A stretch of DNA of 57,421 nt, counting the filler, from Dirinaria sp. TL-2023a (Eukaryota): NCBI GenBank assembly GCA_051941275.1. It is 6 parts of 6 records of this genome, joined end to end, with 100 filler letters (N's around TTAATTAATTAA, not from the genome) between each part and the next. Parts side by side here need not be neighbours in the genome. Positions count along the whole stretch, not along the records: positions 9,599 to 19,092 come from JAVEBF010001045.1; positions 19,193 to 28,679 come from JAVEBF010001046.1; 4 more parts are not named here. The stretch is one strand, 5' to 3'. The position numbers were made by a program, and so were the translations under genes. This document shows positions 13,719 through 26,056 of the stretch, one piece after another. Position 1 is the stretch's first letter. Every line of letters starts with the position of its first letter. The notes beneath the pieces were generated by a model. It made no database searches, was not told where the DNA came from, and saw nothing but the letters and a program-made list of their open reading frames with translations.

Positions 13719-14458
13719 GCTTTGGAATCTGTGACTGCGACGAGCTATGGTCCCATGTTGGGTAACTTGCAGTCTAATTGAGGCAGCACTAGTGGTCTAT
13801 GGCTGTTTATTGAGTCAAGGTACGATAGCTGAACGGGGTTGGACCTTGGAGGAGGGCTATGATGGTCAATTGAAGGTTAGTAGAAGAAACAAAGAGCCGA
13901 AAGTATTAAATGAAGGAGTGACTGCGAATAGAAGGTAAAGTACTTTAGCAGCGATAGGAGTGAGAATGGATGAGTCGCAGGCAAACACGCCCTCTTGAGT
14001 CTTGACTCCCAAAGAGGAGTTGTTGGAGGCAGCGTTGAATTACTGCCTCAGGGGTGAAAACCAATCATGTGAAAGCACGCTAGCGACTCGGTAAATTAAA
14101 AAAGCTTGACTTCTCGCCTGCGGCTCGCCCACCACGCTAGGATGTTATTGGCTGTACATACTGTAAGGTAACTAAGCTTTACGTCGGTCGAACAATGAGC
14201 AGTGCAAAGTAGGTATTGTACATTATTAACAAATGGCAATTGTCGGTAAATTGTCAAAAGCTGCATGAGTATTGCATTACCAGTATTGAACACGGATCTG
14301 AAAGAATCTACCTAGCCTTGCAGGCGTTCAGACTATTCGGCTATGAGTGTCTTCAAGTCTTAAATCTACCCTATGAATAATATCCTATCCATCGCCCACA
14401 ATCTGCTTTCGAGGGAGAAGTAATAAGGCTGCGCAGCTACGGAAGAATTCTTTTCGCC

Positions 14459-16434
14459 ATGGATGGCGAGCCACTGGCAGATCGCACAGCTGCGATCAAT
14501 CGCGAAGACGTAGAGGTCCAAGAACCCTCAAAGAGCGCCTTGAAGAAAGCACGGAAGCAACAGATACAAGCCGAAGAAAAAGCTAAAAAGTCGGCTACCA
14601 ACACCACTAAGGAAGCTGGCAGAGCAGCAGCGAAGAGAGCAGTGGCTCCAGCTCCCAAGGGAAAGATAGAAGGGGCCGCTTTGATCGGTATCGATGTTGC
14701 TAAAGAAGATGATTTCTCGGCCTGGTATACACAAGTTCTTACAAAAGGCGACATGCTGGACTATTATGATATCTCGGGATGCTACATACTCAAGGTCAAA
14801 CCCCTCCCGGCGCGTATCAAAACGGTATTGATAGTAGCTAGCCCGCATCGTTCTTCGTTTGGGAAGAGGTACAAACTTGGTTCAATCAGAAGATAAAAAG
14901 TATTGGCGTCAGAAATTGCTCCTTCCCCATGTTCGTGTCGCAAGACGTCTTGGAGAAGGAAAAGGATCATATAGAGGGCTTCGCCGCTGAAGTAGCTTGG
15001 GTGACCCACGCGTAAGAGCTAGTTCCGCTCCATACCGCGTCTATCCTAAATTCATGCTGATTCTATTTCGCAGGGGTAAGAGTCCGCTGGAGAAGAAAAT
15101 CGCAATACGTCCGACTTCAGAAACGGTCATGTACCCTTACTATGCCAAGTGGATACGGAGTCATCGCGACTTACCGCTGCGGTTAAACCAATGGAACTCG
15201 GTCGTTCGATGGGAGTTTAAACATCCGCAACCCTTCCTACGCACAAGAGAATTCCTGTGGCAAGAGGGTCATACTGCTCACTTGACCCAGGAAGGCGCTG
15301 GTGAGGAAGTCTTGCAGATCTTGGAGTGGTATGCCGGGGTCTATGAGGAGCTTCTAGCGGTCCCAGTCGTTCGCGGTACAAAGACCGAGAAGGAGAAATT
15401 TGCAGGCGGGCTCTATACGACCACGGTCGAGGGCTACATTCCCGAAACTGGGCGAGGCATCCAGGGCGGCACAAGTCATTGTCTTGGACAAAACTTTAGC
15501 AAGATGTTTGGCATCACAGTTGAAGACCCCGCGTCCAAGGAGGGCGAGAAGAAGCCGCCTTTATATGTCTGGCAGAACTCGTGGGGTCTGTCGACACGAG
15601 TAATTGGTGTCATGGTCATGATTCACAGCGATAATCGAGGCCTTGTAATCCCTCCACGAGTTGTCGAAGTCCAAGTCGTGATAATCCCTGTCGGCATTAC
15701 CAAAAACACCACTGAAGAGGATAAAGCGCGATTGTACCTCGAAGTGGATGCCTTAGCCGCAGTCCTTAAAGCAGCCAACCTGCGTGTCGAGACCGACAAG
15801 CGAGATGGGTATTCCCCGGGTTGGAAGTTCAACGACTGGGAGCAAAAAGGCGTGCCGCTGCGCCTGGAATTCGGGCCTGGAGAATCCTCCGGCCATTATG
15901 TCACCACATCTCGGCGCGACATCCCAGGGAAAGAAGGCAAAAGCCAAATACCAATCCCAGAACTGGGCACCGAAGTCCCTAAGCTCCTCGATACCATCCA
16001 ATGCGACCTGTACAAGCGCGCCGACGAAAAGTTCAAGACGCACACGAAACAGATCACCGACTGGGATGACTTCGTACCTGCGCTGAACGACAAGAACGTC
16101 TGCCTGATCCCCTTCTGTCTAACGGAGGAGTGCGAAGACGAGATCAAGGAGCTGAGCAAGAGGAAAAACGAGGACGATGATGGCACCTCCGAGGATGCGA
16201 GAGCGCCGAGTATGGGTGCCAAGAGTTTGTGTATCCCCTTCCAGCAGCCGCCTGGCTTGGTCAAGGGGGAGACGAAGTGTACGAACCCGAATTGCAAGAA
16301 CTGGGCAGAGCAGTGGTGTCTCTTTGGACGTGCGTCATCTCCTGTTCTCTATTCCTGCTGTCTATTTCTTATCGAAATCTGCGTTTCAAGGCATACAGAA
16401 TGTACTAATAATGTATTACACAGGAAGCTATTGA
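14459..16434 (+). CDS. Cytoplasmic prolyl-tRNA synthetase
   Basis: IAIRPTSETVMYP, QWNSVVRWEFK, FLRTREFLWQEGHT, QGGTSHCLGQNF, AKSLCIPF, terminal FGRSY*. Introns ~14794-14841, ~15012-15073, 16330-16423. Confidence 0.96.
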
Positions 16435-17528
16435 TCGTTGCGCACAGGAGATCCATCCGCACTAGCCCGTTACGATAAATGCTCACGTCTGAACCATGGA
16501 ATGCATAGACATAGTCCAACGAAGCAGACTCATAAAAAGATCTCCCACTAAGCTTCGCCAGTCGGCACGTTTGACCTCTGACATACGCAGACCTCCACCA
16601 AACAGAAAATTTCAAGTAAACCCAGTGATCAGCAGCACCAAATCGTATCTGGATTGACAACCTCAACCGCTTCTCGTTGTCTTCCTTCAAAGTGTGGAAT
16701 TGTCGTCTCTTTGTTTTTGTTTTTTTTTTTTGGTTTCTTTTTCCCATCACCCAATTCATAGGATCTTAACCCTAAACGTAGATATTCGTCGTCATGTTTA
16801 AGGTACCTACCTGCATATATTCACCTCTCAATCCATGATCTGAAGTACGACGAGCGGCCGAAGTCAAGGCCATCTCTACGCAAGCATGGTTGTGGATATG
16901 TCAGTATACCCGGTTGAGTTCTTAAGCCTGGTGAGACGATATTTTCGGAAATTGTATTTTAATCTTCCTTTGAGGTACAAAGCTCAAGTCGTAGGGTATC
17001 CAGCTGTGCCACATGACACCACAACCGCGGGCACAATTCCGAGGGCTTGGCAGTGAACCCTGCATGTCCAGACTCGGTAATCGGCTCATCGGGTATTCGA
17101 GCGACCAACCTGAACCTCGTAAATGTGAAATTGTAAATACTGAGGTACTTTACCTGGCTCCATACAACTTCACATCGGCAGTCGCGAAGGACTGCGCTCT
17201 TTTTCAAACCTTCATCGGACCCTTGTTGCGTTAGTCTGGCTTTACAAAGTACGGCCTGGTGGTTTATTTATTCCCTGCATGCAGTTCAGGTCGATCAAAG
17301 CTGCTTCATCACTGAATCCAGAATTCGATCACGACCAATATCAGCTTTCTAAAGCATGTCCACACCTTGTGACTAAGTTTCTGGCGCATTGCATATCCTC
17401 ATGACTTTTTCCCGCAGTCGAACATTATTATCACATTCAAAAGATCAAGTTTGATCAAAACCCCACAGTAGAAGGCCCACAACCACCCCACGATACTCAA
17501 CTCTCTTCGCCCGTATCTAACATTCAAT

Positions 17529-19092
17529 ATGGCGCGACGTTACCAACGGGAAGAACTGCTAAGGCTACGTGCATCACCATTGGTGGAGAAACCTGCAAAC
17601 CTGCCTCCGCTTGAAGAATGGATGGGGTAAGTAACTGGTGATTCCTTGGAGAACTTCACTTCGATTAATTGCATTTATAGCGCCCAACCGGATCACAGTC
17701 AGAACTCTAATCAGAAGCGCCTTCCCAATCGAGGCAAACCTGAAGATTTGTCCAATGAAAACAATGCCAACAGGCGGCCGACTTTTGAAAGCAGGATTTC
17801 TCGAAACAATGGTATGCCAGCTTTCGCCAGTTCCCACATTTTGCTCACCGTATCCAGTATCGGAGGATATTGTTCTAGGACCTCCAAAAACAGCCTTTGC
17901 CTCTGCTGGACGCTCCAGGGCCGATAATAGGACAGTGGATTCACCAGGTCGAGCAACCTTCACAGCAAGTGAGGACAATGCAAAGAGTGAGCGGCAGAGC
18001 TTCACGGACAAATTTAATAGAGATGCTGCAAGAGAAAACAGAGACGGTCTTCGTGAAGGTCGACCCGAGAACTTACGACTACGACGGGATGACCATGAGC
18101 GTTGGAGTAATGCAAGGGGGCCTCGAACACCATACGATGAGAATGAACGAGCGATTCGAAGGAACAATGATCGAGATCTAGGTCGGGAAAACAATGGCCG
18201 AGATGCAATAAAAGGTGGACGAGGTATTGACAACTACAGGCGCACTGGAGACCGAGAAGGCAATGGAGATGATCGGCGCAACGGGCAGGGACGAGGGCGC
18301 CACGAGCCCTCATGGTACAGAGAGGATGAAAAATTTGAAGCTGAGGGTCACGACAGCACTAAGGATAGAGCTATCCGGGACTGGCGTGACAAAGACAGGG
18401 GTGCAGGCCGCGTCCAAGACCGGGACTGGGCTAGGAAGAAGGATCGTGAGCCTGAGTGGATGGATGATCCAAAACCAGAGGAGAAGGAACCGGCTCATAC
18501 CCAGGAAGACTTTCAAAAGTGGAAAGAGAGGATGAAAGCTGGCAATGCCGCAACTCAGGACACGCCAGCTTCGCCAGAACCCAAGTCAAACCATGATCGC
18601 ACAGCTTCTGGCAAGCTCAAAGGAAAATTAGAGACGCCGTTGGTGCTCGACTCCAATTTCGATGGCTTCTTTGGTATGTGGGGCGATACCAAAAAGGATA
18701 CCATTACTCCAGGTGCCGATGAACAGCCAAAGAAAACATCTGGCAAGCCTTCTAAATTTACGGGCTTTTTTGCCCCGAAGGCGGAATCGAAACTCATGCA
18801 AGACCCTCCTCAATCAGCCCCGCTACCAGCAGAGCCGTCTAAAGATGAAGACAAGGAAGGCTTTCAACGCATCCTAAAGCTCCTCGACCAACAGCAATCA
18901 AGCAATTCCCGCAACATGACGCCCTTCCACGAACAACCAACCCGACACCCACCCAACTCTCCCCCACAGCCACTTCTTCAGGAGTCCAACCCTCTCGAAG
19001 CGCTTCTCAGCCCCCAACCCAAGGAACCGCGGCCGCCCCCTCAAAGCCGCGATAGCGAGTTCCTTTTACAGCTCATGCAACAGCCTCAGCAG
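17529..19092 (+). CDS. Putative eIF4E-binding protein, 4E-T/Eap1-like (truncated at contig end)
   Basis: Exon 1 MARRYQREELLRLRASPLV contains a YxxxxLL motif. Introns 17627-17680 and ~17812-17858; R/D-rich region, EPEWM, DFQKWKERMK, P/Q-rich tail. Confidence 0.7.
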
Positions 19093-19192
19093 NNNNNNNN
19101 NNNNNNNNNNNNNNNNNNNNNNNNNNNNNNNNNNNNTTAATTAATTAANNNNNNNNNNNNNNNNNNNNNNNNNNNNNNNNNNNNNNNNNNNN
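19093..19192. other. Artificial contig linker
   Basis: N44-TTAATTAATTAA-N44. Confidence 0.98.
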
Positions 19193-19695
19193 AGTTAGGC
19201 TTGAGGCGAAGTTTCATGTTAGCAGGGTGCTGAGGGATTGTAGGGAGGCGTGGAGGGTGGAGAGGATGGAAAGAGAAAGGGCCAGGGGGCGAAGTGGTGC
19301 GGCGGCGGTGTCGAAGAAGATGTAGAGAGGAAGTTATGTCTGTGGGAAAGAGGCAAGAAGTGTGTTTCCTTTTTGGAAGATGGTTGTGAGTCAAGCCAAA
19401 GTCGTTTGGGAGGCCCTGCCAACTACGTATGCAAGTGCACTTGATGGTCGGTCGCTGGGATGAAATCTAGCATACCGCTGAGTGCGCAGCATCAGGGTAT
19501 GCAAGAATGAAGATCGAGATGGGAAGAATCATAATCAAGCATCGCCATCGGAAGCACAAAGGTTGACGGATCGCATTGGAGAACCATGGCTACACAAGCT
19601 GGTGTAAAGAGGGTATCAAATATCAGTCGAAAAAAGCAGATCATGTTCTACATGTAGGTACTCGTACCCCGTCCTTTGCGCTACACGAGCCCAGC

Positions 19696-21734
19696 TTACT
19701 CACTGAACGACTTCCCCAGGTTCTCATCCCCCTGCCAGAATTTGGGCATAGGAGGTAGTTTCTGGCGCAGTACTTTGACCCTGAAAGTGTGCATCGCTGC
19801 CTTGATGTGGTACGAAGCATGCTTCCAAGTCGGCACGGAGAAGACCTGATCCAGCTCTTCCAACGTCAGAGCCTTGGTCTCGGGGACGAAGAGCAAAACG
19901 CCGACCCAGCCGATGAGGCACCACACCGCGTACCAGGCGAAGGCGCCTTGGTCTTTGAAGCTTGTGCGCAGCATAGGCCAGGTAAAGGAGAGGATGAAAT
20001 TGAAGGTCCACGTGGTGGCGGTAGCGAACGACATGCCGACTTCACGAATGTGGAGGGGGAACGCCTCCGCCGAGTACGTAAAGGGGACAGGGCCCGAGCC
20101 GGGCGAATAGAAGACTTCGAAGAGGTACATTCCCGTGGTGACCATGGCGACCCGCTTGGGTTTTAACTCGTCTATCCAGAACGAGAATCCGGTCCAGAAT
20201 AGGAAAATGGCCAAGAATGGGTATGTGAAGAGCAGCAGGTTGCGGCGGCCGAACGAGTCAATGGTCAAGAAAGCTGGGATGGCAAAAACCCAATTGAGAA
20301 TACCGGTACCCATAGAAGCGAGAAGCGCGCTCGACTCGCTAAACCCTGAGTTGAGAAAGATGGTTGTCGAGTAATACCTGGAATGAATTTAGCCTACTGC
20401 CCGTCCAGCGAGGACAGTAGATCGAATCACTTACGCAATCACATTTACACCGCAGAATTGCTGCATGAACATGACGATCCAGCTAGCCAAAGCAGCGCGT
20501 CGGTTGCGGCCCACAGTGAACATTTCCTTGACCAGATTTCTGCCGCGCGAGACTTTGCGCTCAATTTCAACATTGACGTAGCAGTAATAGAGATCTCGAG
20601 CAGCTTGGAGATCGCTACCCCGGATCCTCTGGAAAGCGTGAAACGCTTTATCGACCCGATTCTTCTTGATCAGCCATCGAGGGGATTCTGGGCAGAGATA
20701 CACTTGCGCACAGACGACCAGGGGCAAAACCACGGTCGAGCCGAGCATCAGACGCCAGTTCAGATCATGGCCAACGTTCAAAAATGCGACTCCCATAATG
20801 TTGCCGAGCTAAATTTGCAATGGGTTCAAGGATTAGCCACTTCTTTCCATTCTGATCAACTAGCAACCTGATAAGCAACTGAAACGAAATATCTGAAACG
20901 TACCATGATCCCGAAAGCGGTCCACATCTGCCACATCATAACCAAAGCTCCTCGGATGAGAGGCGGAGAACATTCGGCAGCGTAAACGGGGGTGGTGGTC
21001 GATTTTGAGCCAATCCCCAAGCCAAGGAAGAACCTAGCAACGAACAAATTGACCCATGAGTTGGCGACACCTTCCCAGATCGAGGCGAGAGCTGCGATCA
21101 AACAGGAGATGAAAATGGTGCCTCGCCGCCCAAAAAGGCTGTTCAGAGGTGCGGTGAGCCAGCAGCCCAGAACTGCACAGGCCAGGTAAGGAGCTCCGAC
21201 GACAAGGCCGGTAATGTAATTTGCCATGTTGACGTCGAAGCGATCGGATGTGTTGGTTTTTGAGTCCGTCACTACATTGAATCGTTTGAGGTAGAAAGTT
21301 TGAGCGCCGTTGTTGACTGTCTCGTCCATGCCCTGGACGGCGGCGCAGAGCGAACACATGATAACGAGGTAGTAAAGCTGCTTGGGATGGCGCCATTTGT
21401 GGGTGTGCTCCTCCTCCAGCACGCGCTTCTCGTCGTCACTCAGAACATCCAAGTGCTGGTATCCAGATGGATCCTGAGCTACAAGAGCGCCCTTGCGGAA
21501 CGTCTCTTGATACTCGATGAGGTTGTTCTCTGTGCAGAATTTGTCGACATCGGCGAAGAGCTGTTCCCGTGGAATGCCACCGAGGGGATTTTCGAACATG
21601 GCATTGAGCTTGTCTCGCGGAACAGCATCGGGGGCAGCGCCATATCCCCCAACACTGGCCCTCTTCTCACTGTGTACAGCCTCATTTCCGATAGTGGACG
21701 ACCCCGGAGAGCTTTCATTCTTCTGGTCAGCCAT
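19696..21734 (-). CDS. MFS sugar porter (polyol/myo-inositol transporter-like)
   Basis: AVQGMDET, FGRRGTI, PVYAAECSPPLIRG, PESPRW, MQQFCGVNVI, IDSFGRR, YSAEAFPL, PETKALTLEELD. Introns ~20808-20902 and ~20378-20434. Confidence 0.93.
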
Positions 21735-24695
21735 CGTGAGAATTGTTTAGGTGTCGACGATATTTTACGTCGACAAGCATCAGCGACGAGCAGCAGGTGA
21801 TATGACAGTCGAGGGGAGAAGTTTTACGGGACGGAGGGGCTGAGGAGGGACGGGTCATTTATTGCTGACGCCAATGAAGTGGTTTCAAATCAGCCAACTC
21901 GGCCTTCCGTGGTGCCTCATTGCCTCCCGTCGCTTGGGTTGCCAAACTAAGGATGGTTCATGGTTGTAGAATTTTGCTTCACACCAATCAGATCGAGTCC
22001 ACGTACCCAGGGAGCCAAGCTTCCTTGAGCTGGTGCTGTGGGGACGGGAAGGCTGTGTATTGCTTATGGTCGATCCAATGAACAAAATTTTATGTCATAC
22101 GGATCCTGAGTCAGCACAAGTAGCAACTACTACAAAGCCAAGAAGAAGAAAAATTGACTGTGAAGGCAAAGCCACCAATGACGCAACACAAAGACCCAAA
22201 GGTCATATGAACAAATGCTTAAACCGGTTCCCAAAACATTGTTCTTGCTACTACGACTGGAGTCAGTACTGGAAGGCGACTCGAACCACAACATAAAGTA
22301 ACCGAGGGCAAGACCAGATTTCGCATCATTGAAGATTATTATCCAGGTATGCCTTGTCTATCGGTCATGCGGCCAGCTGCACGTTGGCACGCTGGGATCC
22401 TTTCCGAATGCAACAACAAAAACGACCGCTCCTGCAGGCTGATCGCGATCTTCAAGGCCATGTTGTCAAGATAAGCCTCGCCGCACTTAGCTTGCCCCCT
22501 CCCCCCTGAAACATTGACTCCCCCTGACTAATCCAATCATCTCCTTCCCTCGCAGCTCCAGCTGCCAAGATATTGGTCTTGGCATTCTGATCATCCATTC
22601 GGAAATAAGGCAAGGCACCGGTGACGACATGTAAGGTACCTACCTTGAGGAAAATTATACTACGGCTTTCCAGGCTCCTCTACCTACATACGATACGTAC
22701 TATATATATGCATCCAAAAAAAGGAGGGGAAAAAAAAACAATCTTCACGGTTTCTGCGCCCCGGTCCATGCGAAACGAACAGTCGCCGCCATCCGCCCAG
22801 CTTCCAAAAACTTAAAACACATGACCCATGGCCCAACATTTGCTATGCTTGCCACAGACTGAGACTAGCGCTCAAACTGTCCCTGATCATGTTTCCTCCA
22901 CGTTTCGCAGATATTATTATTCAGAAAAGGTTGATCACAGGATCTTCCTCCACTGCTCTTTTCTTTGTCGCTGGTCTCGTGGTAATCTGGAGACTTTGAG
23001 CGAGATTTATTTGAGTCGGAATAAAGAGTTGTGAGATCTTCCGTTACCATAACGTGCTAAAACCGTCTTGGCAATGGATGAGATGTTGAAGCGAAGGGAA
23101 TCCACTCTACTCTGGCCAAGGGCAAATCTCACGTGATATTCAAGCTGAATATACCGAGGAAGGCAAGCTTTCTTTTCTTTTTTTCTAAATTTTCAGTAGA
23201 AATCAATTCGTGCTTTCTAATGAAGCAGAGGGGTGGCATTTCAGTACCTGTTGATTAAACTGCATTATTCTTTGTATTCTTTTCATAGGGTGGCGCAGTA
23301 AGGTAAAATTGAATTCCTCTCTTTTTCCCCATCCGCAGTCTGTATACCCAGTCTATCATGAAGAAAAAAAATTGGAAGCACATATCAAGCAGACCCCTGA
23401 AATTTGACGCACAATTAAAGCCAATCTCACACTACATTACACGACTATCGTAGATGCGGCGCAAGCTATATACGTATGGTATACGGAGTCGCACTGATTG
23501 CTATCCGCTACCGACTGTTCCTTTCTTCCTTTCTTCTTTTTTGTCTGAAAGATCAATATCCGAAACAACACAGCATTACATTTGTAACTCTCATCACCCG
23601 AATCAAACCAATAGACTCAGCATAAATATATCTCAAAGAGCGAGATCAGTAAATGCCTTGATCGGTTTCCGGATGCTTTTATTCCCATCCATCCCTCAAC
23701 ACCATACTCAATTTTTCATACGCTCAAAGCATCTATAGCGTAGGCGTTACTCTTCATCCTCGACTTAGACACCTCGTTTACATTTGAGTTATTTATTATT
23801 GATTGGGTGGACTGTTGTCAGCTACTGGAGCTCGATCAAAGTTGGTGCTGCTGCTGCTGCTTCACATGGGATCGCGTATGAGTGCTTGCGGCCTCGATGA
23901 CAGGTTTCTAGAGAATCGATGCGTTTCAGAAGCATCCAGCTCGGGAGCATGCAAATGTTGAAGATTGAATTGTTCTAAATTCCAGTGATATTGGCTTCGC
24001 GGTCGAGCAGACTCTAGCAATAGCGTAGGATATGGGATGAGGTTGCCTCCCGAAGAAGAGATAGGTTTCGGGTTTGCTGAACGGGCGTTTTGTTCTCAAG
24101 AAAGTAGCTGAAGTGATAAATAATAAGTCCAGATAGAACTTTCAAATTAGAAACTTGTCGCACCATCATCACTTTTTCGCTACTTCCACATCTCCATTCC
24201 TAATATGGATACGGCTCCTCTTTGGGACATGAGCTGCAGAGCGGCGATGCGTGAAGGGTTTTGTCAAGCTTGGTAACGTTTGGGCAATTATTGAGACCGA
24301 TACTCGTATTTCGATCCCTTTGACTTGGGCGTGGCTTTGACCTTTGAGTGAGAATCGCGATGATGTAGTGTTTATTGATAACGAAATTATTTGGATTATG
24401 CCATGCTATTATCATCCAGCCTGTTGATGGGCAAAAGCTTAGATTATTGGGTCTGAATGTGATTGATTGTCAATTGGGCAGGAGATAAAAATTTGGACAT
24501 ACATAGTAGCTGGAAAGGGTTTGTGAACATAAGTGAAGAGGAATGTAAATGCCACAACTCCCTTCAAAAATAGTACGACGTAATAGAAAAGAAAATAAAG
24601 CCAAAAACCCCCACAGAAAAAGAAAAGAGAAAAAAAGCAAAGAATTCTAAAGTATATATATACTAATAAGGCCCCGTTTCCCCATCCCGCGCAGT

Positions 24696-24795
24696 AGGCG
24701 TATGTGGGCGATTGGCCTAACGGTTACAACTCCATCCACAGTAAACCTCGCACGAAACTACCCGAAAGGGTCCGGGGTTCGAGTCCGGTAAGCCT
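24696..24795 (+). ncRNA. Candidate RNA polymerase III-transcribed, tRNA-related structured RNA (not a canonical tRNA)
   Basis: A-box-like TGGCCTAACGG (24713-24723), consensus B box GGTTCGAGTCC (24776-24786), ACCC-GAAA-GGGT hairpin, terminal AGGC/GCCT pairing, upstream TATATATATA (24653-24662). Confidence 0.55.
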
Positions 24796-26056
24796 CCTTC
24801 TTCAGCATTGATTTCAAATCGATCTAAAGGGGGAGCCAAGTTACTAAGCTTCCCTGAGCCGAGAGCGAAAAGGGAGGGGTGCTTTAGAAAACAAAAAAAG
24901 ATTTTCTATAGCCACGAACCTCAGAGGTCCCCCGAGGACTCTGGGCTTCGGGGTGAATGTTTTGTGGGTTTACATACCTGGATAGGGCTGAAGGGGTGTT
25001 AAGGTATTATATTTCTTTTAGTGCAGAAAGAAGGCCACGGGAGGGGGGGGAAATCATGATTTTCATGTCATGTTTGACTTCATGCTTTCTTTCTTGATTC
25101 TATGAGACTGGGTTTGTGATATAAGAAGAAGAATTTTACTTAGGTTGAGCGTTTTCTCAGATTTGGACGGTATTGCTGTCAGCACAGGTCCCATCGATGT
25201 AGGATCATCAGGGGCGGGCATTCGTCCATTGCTGAAGATAACATATAGACTCTCCAGCCGAAATCCATCACGCCATCTCACCTTGTACTCAACAGATGAC
25301 TGTATCCGAGGCGTATCGAGCTACATATTTTCTCGTTGCTTACGCATTGTTCTGTACATGACAGAACGACTGAAGGCGTACATTGGTTTCTCACAATCTT
25401 TTGCCTGCGATGCTGACATGAAACAATTTTGAGACTGTTGTGAACCAAGTCTATGCTCACGTTCTTCAATTTCTGTCTCAGGCCGTCCGAACTTCCTGAT
25501 CTCTAACATTGCAAGCCACATCAAGACCTTTCAGAGAGATAGCGGCGTCCGCGACTTTGAACGAAAGTGCTCCTAAATGTGAAAGAGGTCGGAGCCAGGC
25601 GGAAAATTGTGACCGCATGTTGAGTTTTCAGGACCAGGAAAAGGTTAGAAAATGAGGATAATCAGCTGCTCAAAGAACTAAATCTTCCACAAGGTCCAGG
25701 CATCGCAGAATCGAATTCAAATCACAATTTCAATGTTTGAATCATGATTCTAAATTTGGATGCTGCGATGTAACCAAAGGAGTCAAAATTTGCAATAACA
25801 GCAAATTTCTCGACCTATATGAAGTTCTGAAAGCTATTGTGAGGGTTGCAGAATATCTAACATAAAAAAATAGCATTTCTTCATTGTAAATCAATCAGTC
25901 TCTAGGGTTGTGCAGGACAAATAGCCGTGAAAAGACTCAACTACCGCGCGGCTATCGCACACTCTACCCATCTCTCTTGGCCCTTCGACTCGCTGAAGGC
26001 ATGCATGTCTTGGCGCTTATAATACATACACCACGGTGTTAGCCGTTTATGCAATC

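Noticed and set aside
24720..24745. Twister-ribozyme-like CGGTTACAA...AGTA resemblance
   Set aside because: The required pseudoknot partners and cleavage-site context could not be found by eye.
24706..24797. Canonical tRNA or tRNA-Sec gene
   Set aside because: D-stem, anticodon stem and acceptor stem do not pair in the standard register, and no anticodon can be assigned.
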